Notes under the pieces: model-generated
Databases searched by the model: none
What the model was told of the DNA's origin: nothing
The model's input: only the letters and a program-made list of their open reading frames with translations
NCBI GenBank assembly: GCA_965203465.1
Contig: CBDBCR010000003.1
Coordinates: forward strand, 64,001-128,000
Reading direction: 5' to 3'
Length of the DNA stretch: 64,000 nt
DNA from: Nitrosopumilaceae archaeon
GTDB taxonomy: Archaea > Thermoproteota > Nitrososphaeria > Nitrososphaerales > Nitrosopumilaceae
Translations under genes and position numbers: made by a program
Part shown: positions 29,233 to 39,180 of the stretch, in pieces
How the letters are laid out: every line of letters starts with the position of its first letter
Position numbering within the stretch: the first letter of the stretch is position 1

Positions 29233-31806
29233 CTACGGCCGGCGCGACAGCCGACGGTACGCCAGAACCGCGGCGGCCGGCGAGCCCACAAGAGAGGCGT
29301 TGAACAGTATAACGAGCGAGCCGAGCAGCACAGTCTGGGCCTCCGATTCCGCCAGTTCCATTATTCCCAGAGACCAGAGCAGAGGCTGCAGGGATGCCTG
29401 GACTGCCTGCTTGAAGGCCGGGCTCGACCTTTCCAGGTCGGCGACGGCCGGCGAAAACGTATAGTAGAATTGGTTAAACCCCGACATGAACGCCGAGCCG
29501 GTACCGGTCGAGAGCGCGCCGTCGCGGACTTCGCGCAGCCGCTGCACCTGCTCGGCCATCTCGGTGCCGTACGCGGCCGTGGCTACCAGGCAGCCGCCTC
29601 CGTCGTCTGCCGGAACGGGCGTGCAGGTCCCGTCGTCGGCGAGGAACGTGCCGGGGCCGCAGACCGGATCTGCCGGCTCTGGCTCGTCGGTGATCGGCTC
29701 TTGGGTGACAGGTTCCTGCGTGATCGGAGCTGGCGGCTCGGGTGCCGGCGGCTCCGGGTCTTTGGGCGGCTCGGCGGCCGGCGGCTCTGCTGCCGGCGGC
29801 GCGGGCTGCTCGACCGGTTCTGCGCGCTCTGCCTGCTGCTGCTCGGGCTCTACCTCGAAGGGCTGGGAAGTCGCCCTCGGCTCTGGCGTATCGAACGTCC
29901 TGGTTCCCGTGCACGAATCGATGTTTACGGATTCGGTGTCCGACGCGATGGTGCGGTTGGAGACGAGCGTGGCCGAGATCCTGGCGAAAGATTCCGAAGA
30001 TCCGAACGGCGCGACAAACTCGGTGTACCCTCCGACTTCTCCTGACTGCGTCATGCGGACGACGCCGGCCACCGGCATGCGGACCGTCACGTCCAGAGAA
30101 CCGGACGACGGGCCGGCCACCACGTTGATCGTGTTGGCCTCGCAGTCCCACGAGGCAGACCGGATATAGACCGCGTCGGCGACGGCGCCCCCGTCTAGGG
30201 TCGTTCCAGAGACTCGGGCGCCGCCGCCCCCTCCGCCGCCGCCACCGCCTCCGCCTCCGCTGGATATCGTTCTCTGCGGCGGGGCCGTGACGTCTAGCGT
30301 GACGCGCTCGACGGGCGCATCGGCCGGCGCCGGCTGCGACGTGTACGAGACCGTCCAGTCGCCGTTTGCGTACCTGAGCGTCTCGTACGCGGCCGACGCC
30401 AGGTCGCCCCTCGCGTCGAGCCGCATGTCGCCCATCAGCCCGCGGTGGCCGAGGGCCGCGGCCGGTATCCCGTCGCCCAGGCCGCCCTCGCCGGTCACCG
30501 CCGCCGAGCCGGCGGCCGCGATGGCCTTGCCCAGTATCTGCACGGAATCGTAGGCGGCGTACGCCCCCGAATAGACGCGCCTTTCGTTGCCCAGTTCCGC
30601 CTGTATCGCCCTCTCCACGCCTTCGAACAGGGCGTGGCCGCGGTCCGGCGCGTCGTCTATCACCGTAAAGCGCTCCGAGACGAACTGCGAGACGGCCGGC
30701 GTCACGGTGGGCCAGAACTGCGCCCCGTACCAGTCCAGCGCCGAAAGAGCCGGGCTCGCGGCGGCGGCCGCGACTATGAGGTCGCCGTCGGCCTGGTACG
30801 AGGCGAGCAGCACCACGGTTCTGCCCGAGACCCCGGCCTCAAGGCCGGATGCCACCGACGACGCGTCCCCGATGGACGACGGATCGTAGGCTACCGGGAC
30901 CACGGCGGCCGGCGCGTTGCTCCGCACCGATTCGAGCAGGGACGTTCCCCACGGGTCGCCGGCGCGGTACGCCACTATCACGGTCTGCACGCCCTGCCCG
31001 GCGAGCCGGCCAGCGAAGAACTCGCCCTGGTTTGCCGTCGGCGAGAGGAACCTGAATACGTTGTCTTCCAGCGCCAGGGCAGACGAGACCGAGCAGCAGC
31101 TCAAGAGCATCATCCCGTTGTCGCCCGCGTACTCGCGCACGCTTGCAAGCTCTGACGAGCTGACCGGCCCCAGGACTATCTTGGTGCCGAGGGAGTTCAT
31201 TTCCTGCAGCTCCGAAAGGGCCGTCGACGGGGCGGACTGCGTGTCGCGCTTGTCCAGCTGGATTCTCCACTTTGAGTTGGTGTCGGCGAACCGCTTGTTC
31301 AGATCCTCTGCCCCCTTGTCGATCGCCGCCTCCACCGGGGCCCCGAGGCTGCCGAGCGAGCCGGTGCGCGAGATCAGCGCGCCGACCCGGACCGTCTCGG
31401 TCGCGACGGGGGCCGGCGCCGCCACGGTGACGGTAAAGTCCCGGTACAGCCCGCCCTGCCCCGCACCGGACGGGACCGCGTACAGCGCCAGGCTGTACGT
31501 GTCCCCGACATCCGCGGTAGACGGCACCGCCACGGTCAGCTCTACGTCCAGCGCGCCGCCGGCCGGAATCTGCGCGCGCTCCGGGTCGATCCGGATGCCC
31601 AGATCCTGCCTGCCCGTCACTTCGAAGGCGACGCCGGCCGCCTCGGCCGACGTGACCCTCAACAGGAGGGCGCGCTGCTCGCCGGCCGGCACCTGCACGT
31701 CCGTGCCGAACGAATAGAGCGGATCGTACCCCAGGGAGAACGCCTGCGGGACCGACGCGGAGGCTGCCGCCGCGATCAGCGCGGCGGCCAGAAGCGCGGG
31801 GGACAT
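29233..31806 (-). CDS. Paralogue (copy B, 857 aa) of the binding-protein/CFI-box-CTERM surface protein
   Basis: Same architecture as 23835-26450; about 730 bp at the 3' end is near-identical at DNA level (offset 5398 bp). Confidence 0.88.
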   Translation of the reverse strand: MSPALLAAALIAAAASASVPQAFSLGYDPLYSFGTDVQVPAGEQRALLLRVTSAEAAGVAFEVTGRQDLGIRIDPERAQIPAGGALDVELTVAVPSTADVGDTYSLALYAVPSGAGQGGLYRDFTVTVAAPAPVATETVRVGALISRTGSLGSLGAPVEAAIDKGAEDLNKRFADTNSKWRIQLDKRDTQSAPSTALSELQEMNSLGTKIVLGPVSSSELASVREYAGDNGMMLLSCCSVSSALALEDNVFRFLSPTANQGEFFAGRLAGQGVQTVIVAYRAGDPWGTSLLESVRSNAPAAVVPVAYDPSSIGDASSVASGLEAGVSGRTVVLLASYQADGDLIVAAAAASPALSALDWYGAQFWPTVTPAVSQFVSERFTVIDDAPDRGHALFEGVERAIQAELGNERRVYSGAYAAYDSVQILGKAIAAAGSAAVTGEGGLGDGIPAAALGHRGLMGDMRLDARGDLASAAYETLRYANGDWTVSYTSQPAPADAPVERVTLDVTAPPQRTISSGGGGGGGGGGGGGARVSGTTLDGGAVADAVYIRSASWDCEANTINVVAGPSSGSLDVTVRMPVAGVVRMTQSGEVGGYTEFVAPFGSSESFARISATLVSNRTIASDTESVNIDSCTGTRTFDTPEPRATSQPFEVEPEQQQAERAEPVEQPAPPAAEPPAAEPPKDPEPPAPEPPAPITQEPVTQEPITDEPEPADPVCGPGTFLADDGTCTPVPADDGGGCLVATAAYGTEMAEQVQRLREVRDGALSTGTGSAFMSGFNQFYYTFSPAVADLERSSPAFKQAVQASLQPLLWSLGIMELAESEAQTVLLGSLVILFNASLVGSPAAAVLAYRRLSRRP

Positions 31807-31810
31807 TTTG

Positions 31811-33822
31811 CTATCCGCAGCTGGCAAAGAACGATATCACCTGCGAGAGCGAATCGTCCCCTGTTGGCAGCAACCTGCCAGAGTGAACCACCTTGAATTC
31901 GACGCCCGAAGAGCCGCCCGGCGCCGGCAGGGCCGCGTCGAGCGTGGCAAACTGGCCCGGCGCCAAGTCCACGAACTCCCCGCCTATCTTTACCTGCGTG
32001 GTCAGGGTGCGGTACTCGTTGCCGGACGCGTCGAGCCACTGTCCGGCGCGCACCCGGAGCCCGTCGAACTCTTGGTTGCCCGCGTTGGTCACCGACTGCG
32101 TGACCGTGCCCGATTCGCCGCCGGTCACGATGTCGAACGAGATGGAAGAGCCCACCGCGGAGCACGCCTGCTGCTGCGGGTTGGCCGAGATGTCCGAGCT
32201 TATCAGCCGCAGGGTCGCGCGCTCCTGGTCGGCGTAGCTGGGCAGGTAGTTCACGCTGCCCTGCACGCGCGTGGCCAGCGAGGCGTACGGGCCGTTCTCG
32301 TCGCCCCAGTAGTTGTAGCCTGCCGTCATCGTGGTGGGCGAGAGGTTGATTATGTCGTACTCTGAGTTTGATATGAAACTGTTGTTGTACACGTCGATGG
32401 CGTGGTTTATCTCGCGCTCCGGCACCACGAACTGGGTGACTACCCGATCCAAGTAATCCTGGTGTATGCCGCAGCCGCCCTGGCAGACGAGCAGGCCCGT
32501 TGCGGCCGTCCCGTATGACGTTGTCGTATACCTTTGTGGCGCGGTTGTCCGCCGCCCAGATTAGAATCCCCGCGTCGCGCGCGGGCTTTGTCTGCGTGCT
32601 GTTGCTGTACACCAGCTCGCCGCCGACGTTGGCCACTTTGAGGTAGAACGGGCTGTTGCTTGCGCCCGTTATCTCGTTGTCGTAAATGTACACGACCTCG
32701 CCCGAATAGTCCCTTCCCGGCTGCGAGGCGTGCTGTATGCCCGACCCCGGCATGTTGGAGATGGTGTTTCCGCTCACGTGCGTGTTGCGCAGCAACGAGT
32801 CGCCCAAGTTTATTCCGCCCGACGTGGGGTTTCGTATGACGTTGTTCTGTATGAAGAGGCCGTCTGCCCTGGTGCCCGCGCCCCCTATGGCCGTCCCGAG
32901 GAAGGCGATTTTTTCGGTTCCTGCGTCCAGGGTCTCGTTCCGCCCGATGTCCACAAGGGTGTTGTTGGAGACTGTGACGTTCCTGAACAGGGATCCCTGC
33001 GGCGAGAACAGCGCTATGCCGCTCGTCTCGGTGTTTTCGAACGTGTTGCCCGTTATCGATATGTTTTCGCGCGGCGCCGCGTTGAAGTACCTGCCCACCG
33101 TGATCACCCCGCTGTTGGTCGGAACTAGGTTCAGCGTGTTGGACGGCTGCACCATGTCGCGGAATGTGACGCCCTCTATGGCCGCTCCGTTATGGTCTAT
33201 GATGAAATCGACGTTTCCGGTTATCGTGGCCGGCCCCTTGATCTTCATGCCACTGCCTATCACTATGGAGGCCTCGTTGTTTCCGTCAAAGGCGTACGTG
33301 CGGTCGGACAGCTTTAGGGTCGCGCCACTGGCCATGTTTGCCACCAAGGTCGGGGTGAGATCCTCGTTCGGAGTCATGACGCGCATCGGGCGCGTGGTGA
33401 CTACCACGTGATCCCTGTGCGATGCTCCCGACGCATACGTCGCGTCCAAGAAGAACGTGAGTTTTTCCCCGACCGCGTGCCTCGGAGGCGTGGTAAACGT
33501 CGTGACCAAGGCGTTGGGGTCGTCGAACGTGACTTGGTACCCGCGGTTAAGTTGGCTCCACGTCTGGCTGACGGGCAGCACGCTGGTCGACGTGCCGAAC
33601 GAGGCCGAGCCGTCGAGCGTGACCGTGTCGCCCCAGTCTACGACTTGGTCAGATCCGGCGTCGGTCGTATTCACAGCGTACGCGGGCGCCGCCGACGCTG
33701 CGGCCAGTGCCAGCGACAGGGAGGCTGCCAGCAGAACTACGCGCGAAGATTCCAACCTGCGCCCCCCCCCCCCACGAGCTGCCGCGGGTCGAGCGATCTT
33801 TGTTCTTGTTCGGCGTGCTCAT
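31811..33822 (-). pseudogene. Paralogue (copy B) of the beta-helix protein, interrupted by two +1 frameshifts (G12 tract at 33762-33773 and GGG at ~32497)
   Basis: ATG 33822 is homologous to ATG 28656 and has the same promoter. Removing one G gives SWGGGRRLESSRVVLL (copy A: SLGGRRKPLEPSRILA). Removing one G at ~32497 gives NGLLVCQGGCGIHQD (copy A: NGVLICQGGCGVHED). Real mutations and assembly indels are both possible. Confidence 0.8.
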
Positions 33823-33875
33823 GGGTGCTTCGTCCGGGCCTCGCCAAGTGTGTATAAAAGGCCTCCGTTTTGGGC
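33823..33875 (-). promoter_or_regulatory. TATA promoter of module B, abutted upstream by an IS end
   Basis: tataaaa at 33853-33859; core identical to the module A promoter. Confidence 0.75.
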
Positions 33876-34005
33876 GGGGTTGTCGCATAATTCCCCAGAA
33901 TGACGGATTCCGTCGTTTTCCGGGGTTCGGCGGCCAGGGGCTGACATGGCCGGATCCTGGCTGCGGCCGGTTTTGGCGTGTCTGGAGGCCAGGTTCACGC
34001 GGCGG

Positions 34006-34939
34006 CTACTCGGCGGCGCACCGGATCCGGTTCAGCGCGCACACGTTCCACGCTATGGCGAGCAGCAGGCCGAACCTCTCCTGCGTCTCTTTTTTCCTGT
34101 ACCTGCACAGCAGGCGGTGGTTGTCGCTCCCCTCCGCGCCGAATATCCCATCGATCATCTTGCGATCCTCGTGGCGCACCGGATCGAACATCTCGGCGGC
34201 CCTGCGCCTGAACCGCTTGCCGGCGTTGCGCCTGTTGCCGCCGTTCTCCCTGCTCTTTCTCTGATCGATGTTGGGGCGCATGCCCATGCCGAAGACGGCC
34301 TCGCAGTTCCGGTCCGAGTCGTATCCCTTGTCGGCGTGCAGCCACCAGCCGACGAAGCTGCGCCCCAGTTTTTTCGATTTTTCGAGAAGCGGCCGCAGCA
34401 TATCGGTGTCGGCCGCGCTGCTCGGCGTCATGGCGCATGCGAGGATCACCTGCAGCCCGACCGCCGCGAAAACGTGCCATTTTAGGTACGATTTTGCGCG
34501 CACGACTGTCTCTTTGCCGGTCTTTTTGTTCAGCCTGACGCTGTCTTCGTACCTGTCAGTTTCGGATCCGGTGCTGTCCGCCGTCGAATCGTGCTTGTCG
34601 ACTCCGACTTGTTTCAGGCACGCCTCGGCGGTCAGGGCCACCATTTTTTCGAGCCACTCCGCGTCGAGATCTCTGTGCGCCCTCGAGACGGTCGAATGAT
34701 CCGGGACGCGCCCGCCCAGATCCAGTTCCCACCACTCTACCATGTTCTCGGTTTTGCGGGACGAGAGGTTGAACAAGTTCATCAAGATGCACACGATGGC
34801 CATTTCGGCCAGAGTACACCCTCGGCCGCCCGCGTCCGCTCTTGCGTGCCGGCTCGGACGGCGGGTTATCCCTCACCAGATCCTTGATGTATCCAATAGA
34901 GTCTATGCGTAAACGCGCCGGTTGAGTTTTTCTAGGCAC
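34006..34939 (-). pseudogene. DDE transposase, frameshifted near 34810
   Basis: N-terminal ...GRGRPRVYS is in one frame; AEMAIVCIL...VPDHSTVSRA...DSTG...KWH...LHADKGYDS...RKMIDGIFG is in another. Confidence 0.8.
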
Positions 34940-35016
34940 GGATATTCGAGATTTGGTAGATTACTCATAACCTCTAATGGCGAAATCTTTTTTTGAGGCG
35001 CAGGATTCGTGGTACT

Positions 35017-35070
35017 CGGCCCAGTAGCCGTCTCGCCGTTGCCGTTTCAACGGCAAGACGGCTCTGGCCG
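35017..35070. other. Strong hairpin in the IS leader
   Basis: agccgtctcgccgttg-ccgttt-caacggcaagacggct (16-bp stem, 1 mismatch, 35026-35063) with an outer extension cggcccag/ctggccg. Confidence 0.75.
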
Positions 35071-35244
35071 TGATCAATAAGCATAGCGGTTGGAAAAAAT
35101 TGACCATTTGTCGGAAAAACTGATCTGCGCTACTCCTTCCGGCGTCAGGCCTCAGATGCGACGGAATCCGTCATTCTGGGGGAATTATGCGACAACCCCG
35201 GGAAAAGGTCATGGTTTATACCCTAGTTTTCCAATGCAAGCGGC

Positions 35245-35610
35245 ATGCAGAAAGCGCAGCCTCCCGAGTTTGCCAACACAATGGAGAGCATAATGGACAC
35301 CCCCGCCGAGGAGAGCATGAAAAAGGCCAGATCCGCAGAATACTTCGAGGACTGGAAAAAGGTGGCCGGCCGGAGAATCCACCTGATATTCGCCTCGCTT
35401 CCGATAGACGGGCCTGCCATACCCGACGAGATGAGGGAAGAAACCGAGGATCTGGTAATAAGGATCACGTGGCAGCACGCCTGCGAGTACATGACCGACG
35501 AGGAAAAGATCGCGGCCGGCCGTGTCAACATCAGGGCCATGAAAGAGTACGCGTGGGCGCTGGCCAGAAAGGCGGCGGCAGAAGAGTGGAAACCGGCAGC
35601 TCCTAAATAA
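35245..35610 (+). CDS. Hypothetical helical protein (121 aa)
   Basis: TTTATA at 35215-35220, 25 nt upstream; natural protein composition; overlaps the 3' end of the convergent ORF. Confidence 0.65.
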   Translation: MQKAQPPEFANTMESIMDTPAEESMKKARSAEYFEDWKKVAGRRIHLIFASLPIDGPAIPDEMREETEDLVIRITWQHACEYMTDEEKIAAGRVNIRAMKEYAWALARKAAAEEWKPAAPK

Positions 35611-36373
35611 TGCTCACCTTTACCACGCCCCGGAGCGATTCAAGCAGGTCGTAATATTTCCGCGGATCGGGCGTCGAGTCGAGCACATGGCTTTCCACGC
35701 GAATGCGGGTGCCGCCGGGCACGCGGGTGCCGTCCTCCAGCCTGCATTCGGTCTCGTTTGCTTTGGCGAGGTGCTTTCTGCTGTCGATCCTCTCTTCTGC
35801 GGACGAGACCGGGCAGGGCAAGGCCGTGTATACGGCAGTCCTGAGCTTGCCGCGTACGACATCATCAACGGGTACCGCCATTCGCACCGGGCGCTCGAGG
35901 GCGTATCCGTTAGTCCAGAGACTGAACAGCCTGCATCCGCGACGCCCCTTGCCGGGCACCGTCCTGCTTTCGAACGTCCCACCCAAGTAGCTTTCCAGCT
36001 CCACCAAGTCCATCCACCGGTACAGCGTTGTGGCTCTGGAGGCGCGCTCGTCCAAGGCCGAGTCTAATTCGCGCGCCAGGCCCTCCATCAGGATGGTTCC
36101 AAGATACGCGCCGGGATCGAAAGCCTCGAGCCGATCCAAGTATATACAGTCGGCGCGGCTCCAGTCCCCCGCGCCGACTGCCCGTTTGTACGCCCGCGAT
36201 TCCCAGGTTCCGCGGCCAAGGATCCGGTACGGGTTTGCCTCCAGCGTCTCCGCCCTTTTGGCTGCCAGTCGGGCCGCGCAGAAAAACCCTCCCGCGTTCA
36301 GCCGGGCAAACTCTCGGCGCGCCCAGCCCAAGACCCGCGGATCCAGCTAGTGGCCCGGGCATATTGCCGCCAT
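35603..36373 (-). CDS. Hypothetical protein with ADP-ribosyltransferase-like R-S-ExE motif spacing; in-frame TAG at codon 9 from the promoter-proximal ATG
   Basis: TLYRWMD...RLFSLW...ANETECRL. ATG 36373 follows a TATA-like TTTTTATC (36402-36395). TAG at 36349-36347; the frame is open from TTG 36331. Confidence 0.55.
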
Positions 36374-37254
36374 GTCCGGAGCCGGAAAGCTCTAGATAAA
36401 AACCGACAATGATGATGTGGGGTTGCTGCGCAATTCCGGCGGCGAATTTGAGCGCGTTCGAAGGCCGGGCCGGATCCGGCGCGCCGCGGAAGCGGCCGCC
36501 GTCTGCCCCGTGGCCTCGGGCAGGCCCGGGTCAAAGCCGGAATCCGGCCGACTGCCAGACACCCCACTAGGCGAACTACACGCGCATCCTGCCGCCGATC
36601 CGGCTCCCCGGCCCTATGCGCCGCATCGCGTTTTTCATGCTCTCGGCGTACTCGGGCACGATCACGTGCAGCGGGCCGGGGCATCGGTCTCGGGCACGAC
36701 GCGGTGCGCGAACGCGGGCAGATGGGACTCGGAGCCTACGTCTCTGCGCTTCCCAGGCGGATCGCGCCCGCCTTGTCCACGCCCCTCAGATCCGGGATCT
36801 TTCCGTCTGTGGAGGGCAGATTTGGAAGGCGCCGGTATTTCTCACCAGACGTATGCGGGGCGCCCCCCCCCCCCCCGTGTCGAGGCGGGTCACCCGTACG
36901 CCGTTTTTCTCGAGCTCGTTGGCAAGCGCGCTGAGCAAGCGCTGGCGGGTCGTAGATGCCGCGCTTCCCCCCCCCCTCCAGCCATTAAAGCGTCGATGCG
37001 TTCATGCAGTACGGCGTTCCCGCAACACTGGCGCGGCCCGATCGTGCCGGCTCGCAGGGCCGCCTTTCACGCCGCGCCCGGGCGCCTCCGGTACGCAAAG
37101 CACGCAGCCGAGACTATGGCGGCCGCCAGAGCCGACCACATGCCGAACAGGACCGGATCTACCTGCACGCGCCGGGGCGCGCCGGGGCGCGCTATATTCG
37201 TTGGCCGCGCGGGATCAGCCCGGGATTTTTATAGGCGCGGGAGACCCGCGCGCC

Positions 37255-38082
37255 GTGGACATAACGGTCGGGCACACGCCCGACGCCGACGACGCGTTCA
37301 TGTTTTACGCCATGCTCGAAAAAAAGATACCCGATCCCGGGTTCGGCATAGAGCACGTGGTGGAGGACATCGAGAGCCTCAACGCGCGCGCCTCGGGCCC
37401 CGGCCTCGACGTGACGGCCGTCTCGGTCCACGCGTGCGCAAGGCTGGAAGGCTACACGATGCTGCGCAGCGGCGGCAGCTTCGGCCTCGGCTACGGGCCC
37501 GTGGTGGTGGCCCGCGGGGCCGCCGGCCCGGGGGACGTGCGCGGCATGCGCGTGGCCGTGCCCGGCGAGCGCACCTCGGCGTTCCTGCTGCTGCGCACCA
37601 TGATAGGGGAATTCGAGTACGAGGTGGTCGAGTTCAGCAGGATACCGGCGGCGGTGCGCGAGGGGCGCGCCGACGCGGGCCTGGTGATACACGAGGCCCA
37701 GATAGCATACGGGCAAGAGGGCCTCGAAAAGGCGCTCGACCTGGGCAGCTGGTGGCACGAAAGGACCGGCGGGCTGCCCGTGCCGCTTGGCGTCAACGTG
37801 ATGCGCTCCTCGCTGGGCCCCGAGGCCATAGCCGGGTTCGACCTGCACCTGCGCCGCTCGATAGAGTACGCGCTGTCCAACTTTGACGAGGCCCTCGACT
37901 ACGCCATGAAGTACTCTAGGGGCAGGGGGCGCCGGACCATCGCCGAGTTCGTGCGCATGTACGTAAACGAGCGCACCGTAGAGATGGGAAAAGAGGGCGA
38001 GCTCGCCGTGGCAAGGATGTTCGCCGACGCGGCAGAGGCCGGGCTGGCCCCGCCGTCGTCGCCCCGGATAGCCCCGCGGTAG
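37255..38082 (+). CDS. mqnD: 1,4-dihydroxy-6-naphthoate synthase (futalosine menaquinone pathway)
   Basis: VDITVGHTPDADDAFMFYA, DIESLN, GGSFGLGYGP, GLVIHE, DLGSWW...LPVPLG, FVRMYVNERT; TTTTATA at 37227-37233. Confidence 0.9.
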   Translation: MDITVGHTPDADDAFMFYAMLEKKIPDPGFGIEHVVEDIESLNARASGPGLDVTAVSVHACARLEGYTMLRSGGSFGLGYGPVVVARGAAGPGDVRGMRVAVPGERTSAFLLLRTMIGEFEYEVVEFSRIPAAVREGRADAGLVIHEAQIAYGQEGLEKALDLGSWWHERTGGLPVPLGVNVMRSSLGPEAIAGFDLHLRRSIEYALSNFDEALDYAMKYSRGRGRRTIAEFVRMYVNERTVEMGKEGELAVARMFADAAEAGLAPPSSPRIAPR

Positions 38083-38410
38083 CGGGCGCGTCCGGGCGGG
38101 ATCCGCGCTGCCGGCCCGTCGATCTCGGCGCCCAGCCCCGATTCCCCGAGGGCCGCCGAGCGCGCGTTTTGCCGCCCCTCCCAAGAACGGGCGCAACGCC
38201 ACTCCGGAAGCCCGCCCTGCCTGCGGGGGCGGATCTCCGCGCCTTGTGCCCGTTGCGCCGGGGAATCTGTATGTCGCGCCGGCGTCTTCTAGTCTTTCAC
38301 GTATACGGACTTATCACATACAGACAGAAAATCAATGGTGTTGGTAGAAGGATCCGCGCTGTAAATGACTCTAGAAGTCATGCGTAATCCCCCCCGTCAT
38401 CCCGGCGTTA

Positions 38411-38827
38411 GTGCCTTATCAGGAACACAATCCAGACCGTGCCGTGGAGATAGGCATGGCCTCCATGGAGGGGGCGGCCTACTCGGACATGATGGAGTCC
38501 ATAGGCAGCGACGCCACAAAGTCCACGTACCGGAGCAACCTGGCCGCGTTCATGGCGGCGGTGCCCGACGGCGTCTTTGAAAAATACGCCGGGATCCGGC
38601 CAAAGTCGCGCGGCATAAAGGACATGCCCGAGGCGTTCGTGGGCCTCGCCAGGTCCAACCCGGACGCGGCCAAGGCGGCCGTGCGCAGCTACGTAAAGGG
38701 CCTCAAGGAGACGGTCGGAAAGGGCAAGCTGAGCCCCAACACGGTCCCCAACAAGATAAAGCCCGTAAAGGCGCTGCCGGCCGAGCGGCGCAGGGCGCAG
38801 ATCCTGCTCGACGTGCTTTTCGGGTAG
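38411..38827 (+). pseudogene. Truncated tyrosine integrase (N-terminal core-binding part only)
   Basis: AYSDMMESIGSDATKSTYRSNL...FVGLARSNPD...YVKGLKE...KLSPNTVPNKIKPVKAL resembles thaumarchaeal integrase N-termini; no catalytic R-HxxR-Y domain follows. Confidence 0.6.
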
Positions 38828-39149
38828 GGCCGGCGCGTCCGGCCTGCACGGATCAGCGCAGGCCGGTCCTCCAGCCGCCGGATGCGCGGGGCCTGCGGCG
38901 TGGAGCCCGCGGGCCCGTCTGGGGCCGGCCGCGTCTAACAGAATTTTTATGCAACGCGGACGCTATGCGTTCGATCTCGCACGGTCGCCGGCAAAAGACT
39001 GCCGCGTACCGGGGGCAAGCAGAGGGGCAAGCCGCGTCCAAGCAGGCGCGCAAGCTGTGGCCAGAGATCCCCCATTCATAGAGCGGCAATACGGCCTCCA
39101 GACTAGGCAGTGTTGACAGCCAGCCTGAAGCCGGCAGAACCGACTCATC

Positions 39150-39179
39150 TAACAAGAGTTTTATACGACAGGCTTGTTA
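39150..39179 (+). promoter_or_regulatory. TATA box flanked by a 7-bp inverted repeat (possible operator)
   Basis: taacaag-agttttatacgacagg-cttgtta directly before ATG 39181. Confidence 0.45.
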
Positions 39180-39180
39180 T

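Larger units (their letters stand above)
33876..35199 (-). mobile_element. IS5-like (DDE_Tnp_1) insertion sequence, ~1.32 kb
   Basis: 40/41-bp terminal inverted repeats ggggttgtcgcataattcccc(c)agaatgacggattccgtcg at 33876-33915 and 35159-35199; no clear TSD. Confidence 0.9.

Noticed and set aside
31776-32495. C-terminal part of the 659-aa ORF
   Set aside because: Out-of-frame read-through after the frameshift; the true C-terminus is ORF 31811-32452
5290-33822. Diversity-generating retroelement as the source of variable cassettes or near-identical paralogue ends
   Set aside because: There is no reverse transcriptase in the window, and the differences include indels and are not adenine-specific
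36616-37254. N-terminal extension of the mqnD ORF
   Set aside because: Low-complexity translation upstream of a clear TATA box and GTG start at 37255
38853-39155. Minus-strand 100-aa ORF upstream of the ATPase pair
   Set aside because: No recognisable motif; cannot be supported as a gene, possibly a relic
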